From assembly GCA_018398765.1 (NCBI GenBank), contig JAHBMJ010000006.1:1-60344 (forward strand): 60,344 nucleotides of DNA. Direction: 5' to 3'. Position 1 is the stretch's first letter. Every line of letters starts with the position of its first letter. The stretch comes from Chromera velia (taxonomy: Eukaryota). The notes under the pieces are model-generated. The model was not told where the DNA came from, ran no database searches, and saw only the letters and a list, made by a program, of their open reading frames with translations. A program made the translations under genes and the position numbers. Shown here piece by piece: positions 14,087 to 26,000 of this stretch.

Positions 14087-15930
14087 TCAACCGAAAACCG
14101 AGGGCAGCAGAGAGGAGTGGAGGAAGGAGTCACCCACACATCCCCCCATGGGATCAGCAGGCTCAGATCCCCCCCCGTGAAGCTGCCCGAAAGCAGGCCC
14201 ACCGAGGAGGTGGGGGGGGCAAGGAGAAGGAGGAGTCTGCTGCTGAAAACCGAAGAGGCAGCCGTTGTTGAAGTCTCCCCCCATGCCCTCGCTCTCCTGC
14301 TCTCTCTCCCAGTCACTCTCCATCTGACCAAAGAACCTGGGACGCTTGTGCATGCAGGGGGGAAGGAGACCGTTTCCGTACTGGTTCTGCATCAGAGGGC
14401 TGTCACCGCCTTGGTCTCCTGCAATCATCCCCTCGTCCCCTCCGTTGGCTGTCTCGTCTTCTTCGAACATTCTCATGTCATGCTGGGGGAGAGTGGTGGT
14501 GTCCCTGGCCATCCCGGTGACCAAGTCGAATGAGGGGGGGCGCATCAGAGGCGGAATATGAGAGTCTGCTCCGTCTCCAAAGCCTGCAGGGGCCATCAGC
14601 TGATCACCGGAAGATGCGTGGGAGAACGGAAAGGGGCCCGAGGGAAGGCCACTGAATGAGAATCTCCTGTGGAGAGGAGAGTCCGGATAGTTTCTGTGAT
14701 ACTGGAAACCCTCGAATGAGTTTGAGGGGGGAAGGAGGAAGGAGCCCTGTCTGGTTGTAGCGTTGGTAGGTGACTCTCCTCCTGTCCATTGAGGTCCTTC
14801 TTCAGGATCCATCAACAGCTCTCTCGAGGCCGCTCTCTTGCTTCCTCTCTGCTCGTCTCCCTCTCCCTCCACATCCATGAAGGAACCTGTTGAGGAAGAG
14901 GACGAGCCTTCTGCCATCATTCCGCCGGTCTGCTGCTGCTGATGCTGAGGACCCCAGAAGGCCTCATGAAGGGTCACGTTGACTGGGGTAGAGGCAGCAG
15001 ACACCTCGGCACTGTGGGGGGGGGAGCCGGATGGGGACACACTGCCAGAGACCTCTGTAGCGGCCTGGGGGGAGAAGAGGCCGCAGGTGCTTGCCGCCTC
15101 AGTAGGTGAGAAGGGCCCCCTGGTGGTGGTCTCTGAGAAGGTGGAGGGTGTCAGATCCTTGCCCCCCTTTCCCCCCATCCCCCCATTGCGGAGGGGGAGA
15201 GGAAGGAATTGGCCTCTCTGAGTGGAGGCGACCTGCTGGGGTCTCGAGGCTGCGAGCTGATCGAAGTCTTCATCAGATCTTCTTCCCAATGGGGAGGGGA
15301 AGGGGGTGAGTGAGTTGGGAGGAAGGAAGGGACCGGATAGAGGCAGGGGAGCGCCCGGGGGAAGGGTGTGGGGGGACTGGCTGGGGTCGGCAAAGTTGCC
15401 TTGCTGCCATTGGTTGAAGAAGTGCATCGGGGGTGTCAGCTGTGCACCTGCGGGCATCATAGGGGGGAAGGGTGAAGCGTCACCCGCCACTTGGTGGTGG
15501 GTCTGGGGGGACAGCAGGTGCATGGGTGGGAGAGGAGGAGCGAATTCCTGATCCTCCTCCTCCTCGGATCCTTCCCCCTCAGCATCTGGGTGCATGGTGT
15601 GCTGCTGGGAGTGGTGGTGGAAACTTGATCCCCCCTCACTGTCACTGTGCCCATCTGCAACGTCGTCCCCGCAATCAGGCGTGGTCTGTCTTGAGGTGAC
15701 ACCAGGAGAAGCAACACCCCCCCTGCTGCGGAGAAGGAGACGTCGAACGGTCAACTGCTGAACAACCCTCCCGCCCTCATCAGAAACTGTGACCTTCTCC
15801 CTCTGTGCAGGGGGGGCCTCTGCCTCCTCCTGTGACCCACACAGATGCGCATCCTGCTGTTCGGTCTCGGTGGCAGCAACTCTCTTCTTGATGATGGCGA
15901 GGGGTCCTCTGCCCTTCCTCGTGGGACCCC
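14087..15930 (-). CDS. Large terminal exon of a Pro/Ser/Gly-rich low-complexity protein; function unknown
   Basis: ORF 14087..16003 (638 aa); acceptor gtcttcag|ggg near 15931 after a (CCTG)n intronic microsatellite. Confidence 0.65.
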
Positions 15931-15953
15931 TGAAGACATTAATTAAACAAAGA

Positions 15954-15999
<46 letters not shown>

Positions 16000-16187
16000 G
16001 CAACTATGATCAGAAATTGTTGAAGGTGAAAACTAAACTCATGAAGATGAGAAGCGGGCAGCAAAGTGGCTCTGGAAAGTGCGAAAAAGAGAGGTTTGGA
16101 GAGATAGCAGGCTAGAAAAGACACCTCATACAGTCCAATGCCTCCCTCCACCCCTGCCTTGCTGCAAATCCTGCAGACAAACTCACT

Positions 16188-17320
16188 TGGCGGCATCCCG
16201 AGGATAGAACCAGACGAATCCAAAGTCTTGGTTGGCTGCGGCCTCCCCCCTTTCGACCTTCAAGGTCTTCACATGAACGTCCGGGTTGGCCTTCAACTCA
16301 AAACCTCTGAGCACTACGTGGACAGTCTCACCATTTCCGCTGGCAACGTGGAACTGTTCACGGCGCCCCCCACCTCTGGTAGACATGACCCCCCCCTCAA
16401 TGAGCTTCAGAGGACCCCAAATGACCACACCCGTCTGGGGCAGGGCGCGGTGATTCAGTGCATAGCGACTCAGCGTATCTTTCAGGGTCTTTTCGTATTG
16501 AGCATCGGCAATAACTGTGATAGGGTCCGCACCGAGGGAAAAGAACTGGTGTGTGAGCCTGGCAATCAACTCCTTCTTCACTTCCTTGAAGAAAGTCCCT
16601 CGGCAACTTGCCTTGCCGAATGTGGCGGGCCACTGCGGACAGACAACAGCACGAAATGTGAGCGATGGAGCAGCACGAACAACAGGTGAGTCATTTCGCG
16701 CGAATTCATTGATCCACTAACAGGCAGCCAGCAAGCCGTACACCTCAGTTTCTCGGTAGCCGAGTACAATATGTATAAGCATGAGGTAAGAGAAGGAGAG
16801 GAAGGGCAAAAGACCGACCGAGAGTTGTCCTTGAGGGAGGAATTCCACTCTAGCAGTTGCTGCATCCAGATCTGTGGCCTCGACCACCGCAGCGATGGCA
16901 GCGTCCACTGTTTCATTGATCACCTGCAGACGACAGCACGCACCCAAGAACACCTGATGATGCAGCAAAAGAGCATAAGCCTGCTCGCTTGAACAGGGAG
17001 GACCAGTCCACAGCACCGTTTCACCAGCAAGCCCTTATATCTGATCTTCCACACTGACCTTTGTGAGGCGAGAGTCTACAGTCTGTTCACAGGGGACCAG
17101 CGGAAAGGATGTGGGAACCTGCAGACGTGGAAGGCATACAGGATGGCTTCAAGTTGAAGGTCAAAGCGAAGCACGGGGGCAAAGCGCAGGTACGATGGCT
17201 GACCTGAAAGAGCATTTCTTTGCGAAGGTCAGGTGTAGAGGTGTTGCGAGAATGTGGTAGAACGCCACAAAGAAGTGGCCAGCAACAACGAAAGACGGTT
17301 TGATGCACTACTCCGACTTG
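16188..17320 (-). CDS. Probable upstream exons of the 14087 gene (globular-looking domain)
   Basis: Open frame ...KASCRGTFFKEVKKELIARLTHQFF...FVWFYPRDAAK ends at aa|gtgagt (16187). Further AG/GT-bounded segments lie near 16830-16925 and 17200-17320. Joining is unresolved. Confidence 0.35.
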
Positions 17321-17887
17321 CAGATGAAAGAGGTAAGGTGGAGAGGGAGAGAGATAGATAGAGGAATGCCTTGTGCTGAGTAGTGAGAAGGAAGGGGGCA
17401 GGGAACAGCTTCCTTCAATTGAAGATTTGTGAGTCACGTGTTGCGTGTGCGTGTGTTGTGGCTGTGTTGCAGGGCGCCTGTTTTGCCTCACGCAGCTCGC
17501 CACATTAAAAAAGGGCCCAGAGAAACTGCGTGCAAAAAAAGCGGACAGTTTTGTGAGTGGCTCATGTGTAAAGTCGAGCAGAAAGGGATTTGTGCCATCT
17601 GTGGAACTCCATCACTCCGATCCTGCCGGGGCCTGGGGCCCGCAAGGGCCGCCCCGCAGACCCACCTTCCACCACACATCGGGGGCACGCCGGGGCACCA
17701 CTCCTCTCTTCGAGAAGTCCGTCTCCGCAAAAGAGTTGACGATTCTTCCTTCATCTTTTGCGCGAAGAAACGCTCGATCATGAAAGGCGATCTCACAGAT
17801 CCGCAGCGAGAAAAGCGAAGGAGTGGGATCTTGAGAGTGGCTGTTTTGTCTTCAACAAATTCTTCGTTTTTCCCTGTCTCTGCAATC

Positions 17888-19135
17888 ATGCTCGCAGTCC
17901 GCTCTCTTGGACTTGTGTCCAGCTTCGGCAGTCTGAAGACTTTTCAAAGGCCTCTCCTTCATCTGCACCGATCTTTCTCCAGTACACAGCCCTCTGCAGA
18001 GTTGGTGAAGCAGCTGCGCCAGAATACGGGTGCTTCGATAGGAAAATGTCGGGAAGCTTTGAAGGAGACGGCAAATGATTTGGAGGGGGCAGCGAGGTGG
18101 TTGAGGGAGAACGGAGTTCAGGCTGTGGCTGCAAAGTCCTTACGTGCAGCAGGTGAGGGCCTTGTGGCTTGTGTGTGCCGTTTGCCCTCGGGTGGGTTGG
18201 AGGTTTTTCGAAGTCCGAAGTCGAAGGCAGAATCGGAAGGAAAAACTGAGGGGGATGGTAGTTCGGTGCAGGTGCCTGAAAGCGCAGTTTTACTCGAGGT
18301 CAATTCAGAAACTGACTTTGTTGCCCAAAATGATTTGTTTAAGAGATTTGTCCGATTGACTGTTGACGCAAGTGCCCGAATGTCACAGCATGGGGGTGGG
18401 CAGGAAGGAGACGGCATGCTTTTGTCAGTGGCAGACGTGGAAGGTACACAACTGACAGAACCTGTGGATGCATCCAAAGTGCCGTCTCTCCAGGTGGGCG
18501 AGGCGCTGCAACAGCTGTCAGCTCTCGTGGGTGAGAAGCTGGTCATTCAGCGGGCGGGGCTTTTGAATTCATCAGCGAGGGCATTTGTGTCTGGGTACGT
18601 GCACAATGAGGCATCGCCAGGTGTGGGGCGCTTGGGCGCATTGGTGGGCCTGAGTGCGCCTGATGTAGGTACTCTTCCTGAGCAGATCGGGCTTTTGAAT
18701 GGTTTTGCGAGGGCGCTTGCGATGCAGGCTGCTGCCACGCGGCCGTCATTTGTGACTGAAGCGTCAGTGCCCTCGTCCACGATGGAGGCTGAACGTCAAA
18801 TTCTGAAAGCGGCCGTGCTTCATGAAGAAGCGCAATCGGGACGAGGAGGGAAGAGCGAGGAGGTGGTGATGAAAGTTGTTGCAGGGCGGTTGAAGAAGCA
18901 AATGGAAGACGAGGTTCTGGAGTTACAAGAAATGCTCACGTGGAGTAGGGTTGTGGGGGAAGAGGAGGGTAAGCAATTGTTGCAGCAAGCAGGGAAGAAA
19001 GAGGGGGGAAAACTGACAGTCAAAGCTGCGTGTGAGGTAATCAGCAAGGCGGTGGGGGGTCCTGTCCGCCCTTCTCACTTGATGATCTTTGGAATAGGCA
19101 TGCGGGCTCCCGTAATTTCCTTCGAATCGAAGTAA
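17888..19135 (+). CDS. tsf: Mitochondrial translation elongation factor Ts (intronless, N-terminal transit peptide)
   Basis: SAELVKQLRQNTGASIGKCREALKETANDLEGAARWLRENG (UBA), AAGEGLV, LLEVNSETDFVAQN, VGEKLVIQRA, GYVH, LAMQAAATRP. The likely start MLAVRSLGLVSSFGSLKTFQRP..RSFSS resembles a mitochondrial presequence. Confidence 0.93.
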   Translation: MLAVRSLGLVSSFGSLKTFQRPLLHLHRSFSSTQPSAELVKQLRQNTGASIGKCREALKETANDLEGAARWLRENGVQAVAAKSLRAAGEGLVACVCRLPSGGLEVFRSPKSKAESEGKTEGDGSSVQVPESAVLLEVNSETDFVAQNDLFKRFVRLTVDASARMSQHGGGQEGDGMLLSVADVEGTQLTEPVDASKVPSLQVGEALQQLSALVGEKLVIQRAGLLNSSARAFVSGYVHNEASPGVGRLGALVGLSAPDVGTLPEQIGLLNGFARALAMQAAATRPSFVTEASVPSSTMEAERQILKAAVLHEEAQSGRGGKSEEVVMKVVAGRLKKQMEDEVLELQEMLTWSRVVGEEEGKQLLQQAGKKEGGKLTVKAACEVISKAVGGPVRPSHLMIFGIGMRAPVISFESK

Positions 19136-21298
19136 GTGTCAGGAAAAGTTAGCAGGAAAGACTGAAAATGGACCTGAAGGAAGCTTCCTTGCATGAGAGA
19201 GATCAAATTAGTTTGTGGTGTTTTCTGACGACAGGTCCGATCTGTTTATGAAAGTATCGGCACAGGAGAAATGCAGACCGTCTACCTTGTGCGTTGTTGT
19301 CATTGGCAGTTCTCAGACTCAAATTCTTTCTCATCTCCGAGCGTCCGTGGGGGTAGGCGCTGTTCAGTTCTTTTCTGTCTATGCATATACGTATACATAT
19401 ACAGATGCACGTAAGCGTGTACGTGTCTGCCACCTTCCTCTGCCTCGTTTGCGTTCGCGGAGGGAAAAAGGAAAAAAGGGTGCTGTTCTCTGCGTCTCCA
19501 TTGTTGAATAAATGACTGCATGAGAAGGGAAGAGAAGAGTGCAAAGACGTGAGGATTCTGCTTCTTCTTCCGTCCATGTCTTGCTCTCTGCCACTCCCCG
19601 TCTTATTCTGTTTCAATACAACTGTTTGTTAATCTGTTTTTTTGTTGTCTTTATGAGAAAGGGACAGAAAAAAAAACATAGAATCGACATGTTATGTCTC
19701 TTGCGAGTCGTACCTGTTTGTCTGTCAGTCTTTTTCTTTCGTTCGCTCACTTCCCGCACGTTCGTCGTCTCTCTTGCCTAATCTGTCGGTTTACCTGGTT
19801 GTCCCTAGCTGCTTTACTTGCATGTCTGCTTGAAAGCACAAAAGAAAAAAGCAAGGAAAGAAGGTGTGTGGCCGGGACGAAAAAAAAGAAAGGAACTTTC
19901 ACTACTGCCTGCCTGTCGACCTGTCTGTTTGTCTGGCTGGCTGGCTGGCACGTGAAATCTCCTAGGAAATCTCATCGGAGGAGCGGCGGCAAGGGGCGCT
20001 TAAGTCTGCATGTCCCCTTTGGGAGCCAAGTTTGGGCCCCTTTACGTGTGTCTCATTGTCTTTGCTTTCCTAGGTGCTTTCTTTGATTTTGTCTTGTTTT
20101 ATTTTTGTTTTAAAAAAAGAAAAAAAAAATGAACTGTTGGATGGATGGTTAAATTTGGCTATGCTAGTGTGGAAGTATTTTAGTCTAGCTGTCTGTTACT
20201 GGCAGTTAGTCTGTTTAAATATAATCTTAGAAATATATTAAATTCGGGTATTAATCCTAAATTCCTAATAAGTTTTTTTAGTTTTTGAATGGGAAAACGT
20301 TTCCGATCTAGAAAAGGATAGGATAGGATAGAATAGGATTTAATATTATAAATCTGTTCCGGGTTCCCCCGCGGTTCACTGCCTGGGGGGGTGACTGCCA
20401 GGATGATTCTGGATGAAGGAGTCCTAGTTATCTTACATGCCATCGATCATTCAAAAGTTATCCTACGTACTAATTTTTCAAGTATAATACTTATGAAAAG
20501 TTGCTAGGATATAATTAATGTTGGTGATGATGATGATGATGTGACTAAACCTGGCAGCCATCGTATCCCAATGGCAAAGGGCAGTCTGTGAGCATTCATG
20601 TCATATTGCAAGCTAGGAGCACGCTAGCGAATGCTCGCCTAAAGCGGCCGAACTTTAGGACTACTAGCTAGCAAAGCGCTGCTCCTCAGGATCGATCAGT
20701 CTGGTCCTAGGCATACAGCAATGAGGGCACTGGCCTTTCTGGCGTCCCTCTGAAGAAGAACCAAGAAGTACCGCCTTACATGCTCCTCGGCCTGCCCCAA
20801 TCCTCTACCCCCTCGGGCCTCCTGTTTTTCTCCGTACTCACATACTTCTTCTATCGACATACGCTCCAGTCGCCTATACCAGAGATCGCTCAGTCTCCCC
20901 CGCGGTACTTCCGTTCGAACACAAGTTATCAGGCGGTGAATCGGGTCGTCAATCAGTTTTTCACAAGTTTTCTCTTCACAGGCCTTGCAAATTGATTCAA
21001 CCTTCCCCCCATGGTTTGCCCCCCCTCCAACAACGGCGTACAACACAGGGCGGAAAACTTCCCCGGGGGATGCCAGGAACTGCTTGGCGAGTGGTTCAAC
21101 CGAAGGAGACCTTAGGCCCCCCTTTCCCTCCGCCAGGTTTCCTAAGACCAGTTTTGCAAAGCGTTGGCTGCTTCTATTCTCCTTCTGATAATCAGTCAGG
21201 CAGGCAAACGGAGGAAAAGACACGCCATGCATTCCTTGTCTACCTTATCTCCCCCCTCTCCTTTCCGTCACGGAGACCGGGTTTGCCCAGTCTCCCAA

Positions 21299-23098
21299 CT
21301 ATTCGTTGACTTCTCTGCTTCTCGCCCCCCTTCTCAACCTGCTATCTGAGGTTCTAAAATCAACCTCATCAGGTTCACCTTCAAGAAGGGCCGAACTGAT
21401 GGGTTGCACAAGCCTCTTTGCCAACCCCGACCACGCCCTAAGCTCCCCCCTCCTGTGGCATGCCCACAGCGCTTGAGGCAAAGCCAATCGCGCAAAGGAA
21501 AGACTTCTCAAATACCCTCCCACTCTGACACTGAGAATCTCTCTCATAGGCCTCAGCCCAACGGCTGCAAGGGTGGGAAAGATAAAAGAATTCCAGGACA
21601 GACGGAGAGACCAATACACAAAACGAAGCTGAAGAGAGTCTAAGCATTGGATATCAGATTCTCGAATCGGGAGGGCTTCAAGGGAATAAGTGGCGGCGGG
21701 TTCCCATGTCCCCCTGAAGAGGGACATGCGACTATGTGGAGCCCCTCCCACTCCCTTCTCTGCAGCTTCAAGTCTGGCAGTCACAGACTTACGAGGGTTC
21801 GCATCACAGAAGACCTGACAACCCAAGTATCTGTAACTTTCTACCCATTCAACCGTCCGACCCTTGAAAAGAATTTTTTCCTCCCCCCCTTTGCCTGCTA
21901 ATCTCATCACTTTCGTTTTTTTTAAATTCACTGTCAGACCTCACGTGTCATAATACATGGCCAACCGATCCATTCTCTTTTGGAGGTCGCGGGGGGAGTG
22001 CCCAAAGATTACGAGATCATTTGTATATTAACCGATGCTCTCTATTAGAAGGTTTCCCAGCCTCACTTCCTGGGATGAATCCTCCCGTCGATCTCTACTC
22101 TGGAGACTAACTGAGGTATGCAAATTATTGATGAAGAGAAGAAATAGGAGAGGAGAGAGAGTGTCACCTTGTTTTACTCCTGTTCCCTCTTCAAATATGC
22201 TTTCCGACCCGTCAATCTTCCCCATGACCTTAATATACATTGCATAGATCATATTAATGTCTCCTTCTGAAAGCCCCTCCTCTCTAAGTCTCTGGATCAA
22301 TTTCTTTCTGTCAACTCTATCAAATGCCTTGCTAAAGTCTACGAAACATGCGAATAAAGGTCTCTTTTTGTTTCTAGAAGTTTCACAAAGGGCAAACAAA
22401 GCATGAATGGCCTCTCTAGTCCCCACTCCCTTTCTGAATCCTATCTGTCTATCGTCTATCCTTGCTCTCAGATGGAGGCGAGAATCCATCAACAAAGCAA
22501 AGAGCTTAGCCAGAAGGGTCGCTATATGAATAGGCCTCCATTCATCCACTAGCGGAGACACGGGGCCTTTGGAGACTGGGACAATGCGAATGAAGTTCCA
22601 TGTAGACGGCCAGTAAGAGAAGAGATGAAAGAAATTAAAAAAAATAAAGAGAAAAAAACGGGGGAGACGCGACGACCCGAAATACAGAGCAGCGTATTTA
22701 GGAGAGAGACCCTCAAGCCTAGCCCCCTTATTTGGGTTTACTTTTTTTATGACCGTCTCATATAAGGAAAGGGAGAAGAAAGGAGACCGAAGGGGAAGAG
22801 GAGGGCTGGAAGGTAGGGAGAGGTTGGGAAGTCCCTCTCCTTCAAACACCGACGCCCAGAAATTGGAGAAAGCATCTGCCGACGGTCTGTTCCCTGCTCC
22901 ATCCCCTCCCATCTGTTGCGCCCTCTTCCACTTCCACACCGCTGAGGGGTCCCTAGCAGCCTCCTGTGCAAGACGCTCTACCTGTGCACACGCGTATGCC
23001 TTTCTTTTCCTTGCGATCAACCTTCCCCTTTCCCTTACCAGCTTGTCTTTATGTCTCATTCGTTCTTCTCTGGATCTATCATTACTTCGTCTGCCCAC
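21299..23098 (-). pseudogene. Reverse transcriptase domain of the LINE, inactivated by stops and catalytic-site mutation
   Basis: ORFs 22028..23098 and 21299..21931; sequence atc ggt taa tat aca aat gat gives IG*YTND in place of YADD. Confidence 0.92.
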
Positions 23099-26000
23099 TG
23101 TTTATGTTCTTCTCTCTCAGCCTTCCTTACCTTTTCATTTATTTCTTTACACTTCCGGTCCCACCAAGGGGCGGTTATCTGTCCTTTTTTTTGTTTGTCG
23201 GATTTCTTTCTACCCCTCTACTTCCTCTCCCCCGGTTGTGCTAACTTCCTTTCCTATTCAACTGCTAGGCCCTTAACTCTCTCAGCCAGGGTCTCAAGGA
23301 TGGATGCAGGAGGGATTGGCTGACTGGGGGGGGGAGGGGGGGGGGAAACATGAAAGAGAGGGAGACCATTATGAAATAATTCTGCAGCTTTCTCACCAGT
23401 GTCCCATAAACCAGGCCAGCATGCCTCAGAAAGCTGTCGAACGGAAGACGCCAGGATAGCTATCTCTTCATCGATTCCTTTACAGATGAGATTCTACATG
23501 ACTTCTGAAAAGGGGGTGCAAGACTCAACAAGGGATGAGGCACGGAGGCGGGGAGGTCAACGGCTTCTGAGTCGACTAAAGCGAGACCGCAAAAGACTGA
23601 GCAGTGTTCCAGAGCAGCATCTGGAAACATTTCGACTCCAAATGAGGACCAAGAAGACAGAAATGCGGGGTCAATAAGGACAAAATCAATAATAGAACAG
23701 GGCCTGCCTTCTCTATAGTACGTACACGCCCCCGGACAGTCAATTTCTACACCCCTGCCCTTGTCTATGAATCTAACTCCATTTAGAGGCATCAAGTTTG
23801 AGGCTTCATACAGGCGAAGTAAAGCCCGACCCTCTGCATCTATTTGTGATCCGTATTCTGACTCTCTAACTACCCCCTGAACCACCCCACTTCCTTCTTC
23901 ACCCCCCCTCCTTCCCAGGTCCGCTCCAGGTCCTATGTCTTCTGCGACTATCTCCCTTTCCCAAGTGATTCCTTGAGGGAGTTCTGTTCCAATGTGTGAA
24001 TTAAAATCTCCCAGCACCAGCCGCCTAGCTGACAAGGGGACATCACACACCGCATCAAGCAGAAATTCCCTCTCTTGTTCTTTCGTTACCCCATCTCTTA
24101 GATTCTTGTAAGCACCTCTCTGAAGGAAATATACCCCAAAAATGAAAAGAGAGTCCCCCCCCTTTACCTTCCATTGTTTCCCCCCTTCCTGCAAGCACCC
24201 CCGTATCTTAATTCTTACAATATTTGGTCCGCACAGCTCCCATTCAGGTCTTAGCTGTGCTTATAGGCTCTTCCTGACAAGAATGCAGACTCTTCCTGTG
24301 TTTGCTTCCTTCACCTTAGCCCTCCCATGTATCCCCAATTTCCTTCTGTACCATTCTCTGTGTACATAATGCTACCCTGAATGTCCCCCTATTATCACTT
24401 TAGAGGAGGGGAATTTCGTCTCCGTCAAAACCGCAATGTCAACCCCTTGCAACCACCTGCTGAGGGCTCTGTTCAAAATTCGGGACTTCAAACTTCCAAC
24501 GTTCAGGGTTACAACGACTAGTTGCCTCCGTTTGGCCTTTCTCTTAACAGATCTCGAATAGGATGCATGCAAAAAAAGAGGAGGGGAGGAACTAGGAGAG
24601 CAGGAAGGAGTAAGAAAAGAAGAAAGAGCAGAAAAATGAGAAGAAATAAAAGAAGAAGGAGAATCATGAGTACATGAGGAGGAAACATGAAATAGTGAAT
24701 CGGAGGATGAATCGGAGGATGTCGAGGAGGGGGGGGTGTTTGAGAGGGAGGGAGCTCGGACTGTCCGTTTCTTCTACCAGAAGGTAGCTGCAATCAGATT
24801 CTTGGGCACCTTCCCTGCAGGTACCCAGTAGGGCCTGCCTTTACCCTTTCTCTTCATACTGTATTGTCTATCCTTTCCGTTTCCCCTCGTGTTTATGATT
24901 TTCTTCATTTCCCCCTCCTCTGCTGACTTCTCACTCTTCTGACCCCTGAAGGTCTAGAAACGGGCGACCAGATCCTTAGGAACTGAGGCTTTCGGAAGCC
25001 AGACTGTCCTTTCCTCTCCTTTCCTCCTGACTTCATACTCCCTGTTACCCTTTCTACCCCTAACAGCTGTGACTCTCTCTATTCTTCCGTTCCCTTCCCT
25101 TTCTCTATTCCCATAAAGCCCACAAAAGAAAATTCTATAACCCTCCCTCCCCAGCACCTCCCCACACTCCGAACAGTGTCTCCGCCTCCTCGCACCCCTC
25201 TTCTTTTTCTTTCTTTCGGTTGGCTGGGGCGTAAGGTGATCCCCCTCCTCTCTACAGAGCAAAGGGGAGGGATGGGGGGCTATCTCCTCAGAGTCTCCTG
25301 GGAAGATGAGAGAGGTAGGGTGAGAGGGGGGGAGAGGAGAAGAGGGAGAATGATAAAACTATAAAGGATAAATAACAGGCTGGAGAAGAGGAGGAGAGGT
25401 ATGCATCGCATCATGAATCTCTCTGTCTGCATGCATGTTATTCCTTGTTCGAGTCGAGTGGGGGGAGGGACCAACCCGGAGGCCCCCCTCCCCCCTGGCA
25501 CAACACCTGCAGGATGAAAATGAATCGAGTCGAGTCGGGTGGGGGGAGGGTCCAGGCTGCCGTGTCACAGGCGTTGCCTGTCCCTCCCCCCCAGCCCTGT
25601 CATAGGCGGGTACCCCCACAGCAGCACTGGAGGAGGGGAAAGAGAGGAACAAAGCAGAAGAGGGAGAGGCGGAAGGGGTAGAAAAAGAGGAATAAGAAGG
25701 AACAGAAGACGAAGAAGGAGAAGAAGGAAAAGGAGAAGAAGAGGAAAAGGAAGAAGACGAGGGATTCCCCCTGTGATCTGGTCTCTCCCCCCCCTCCCCT
25801 TCCTATCCGTTCTCTCCCCTGTTCTTACTCACACCAGAGCAGGGGGAAGGGGAAGAGAAGAACAAAGCAGAAGAAGAAGAGGAAGAAGAAGAAGGAGGTG
25901 GGGGAGGAAAAAAGCGCTTCTGTAGATTAGAGGATTCGATGTTGGTCCCCTTCGTTCTGTCATACATTCTTCTTTACCCCCTGTTCTTTTGGCTGTGGCA

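Noticed and set aside
17429..17887. N-terminal 153-aa extension of EF-Ts in the ORF track
   Set aside because: It begins at a non-ATG codon; ATG 17888 gives a normal presequence.
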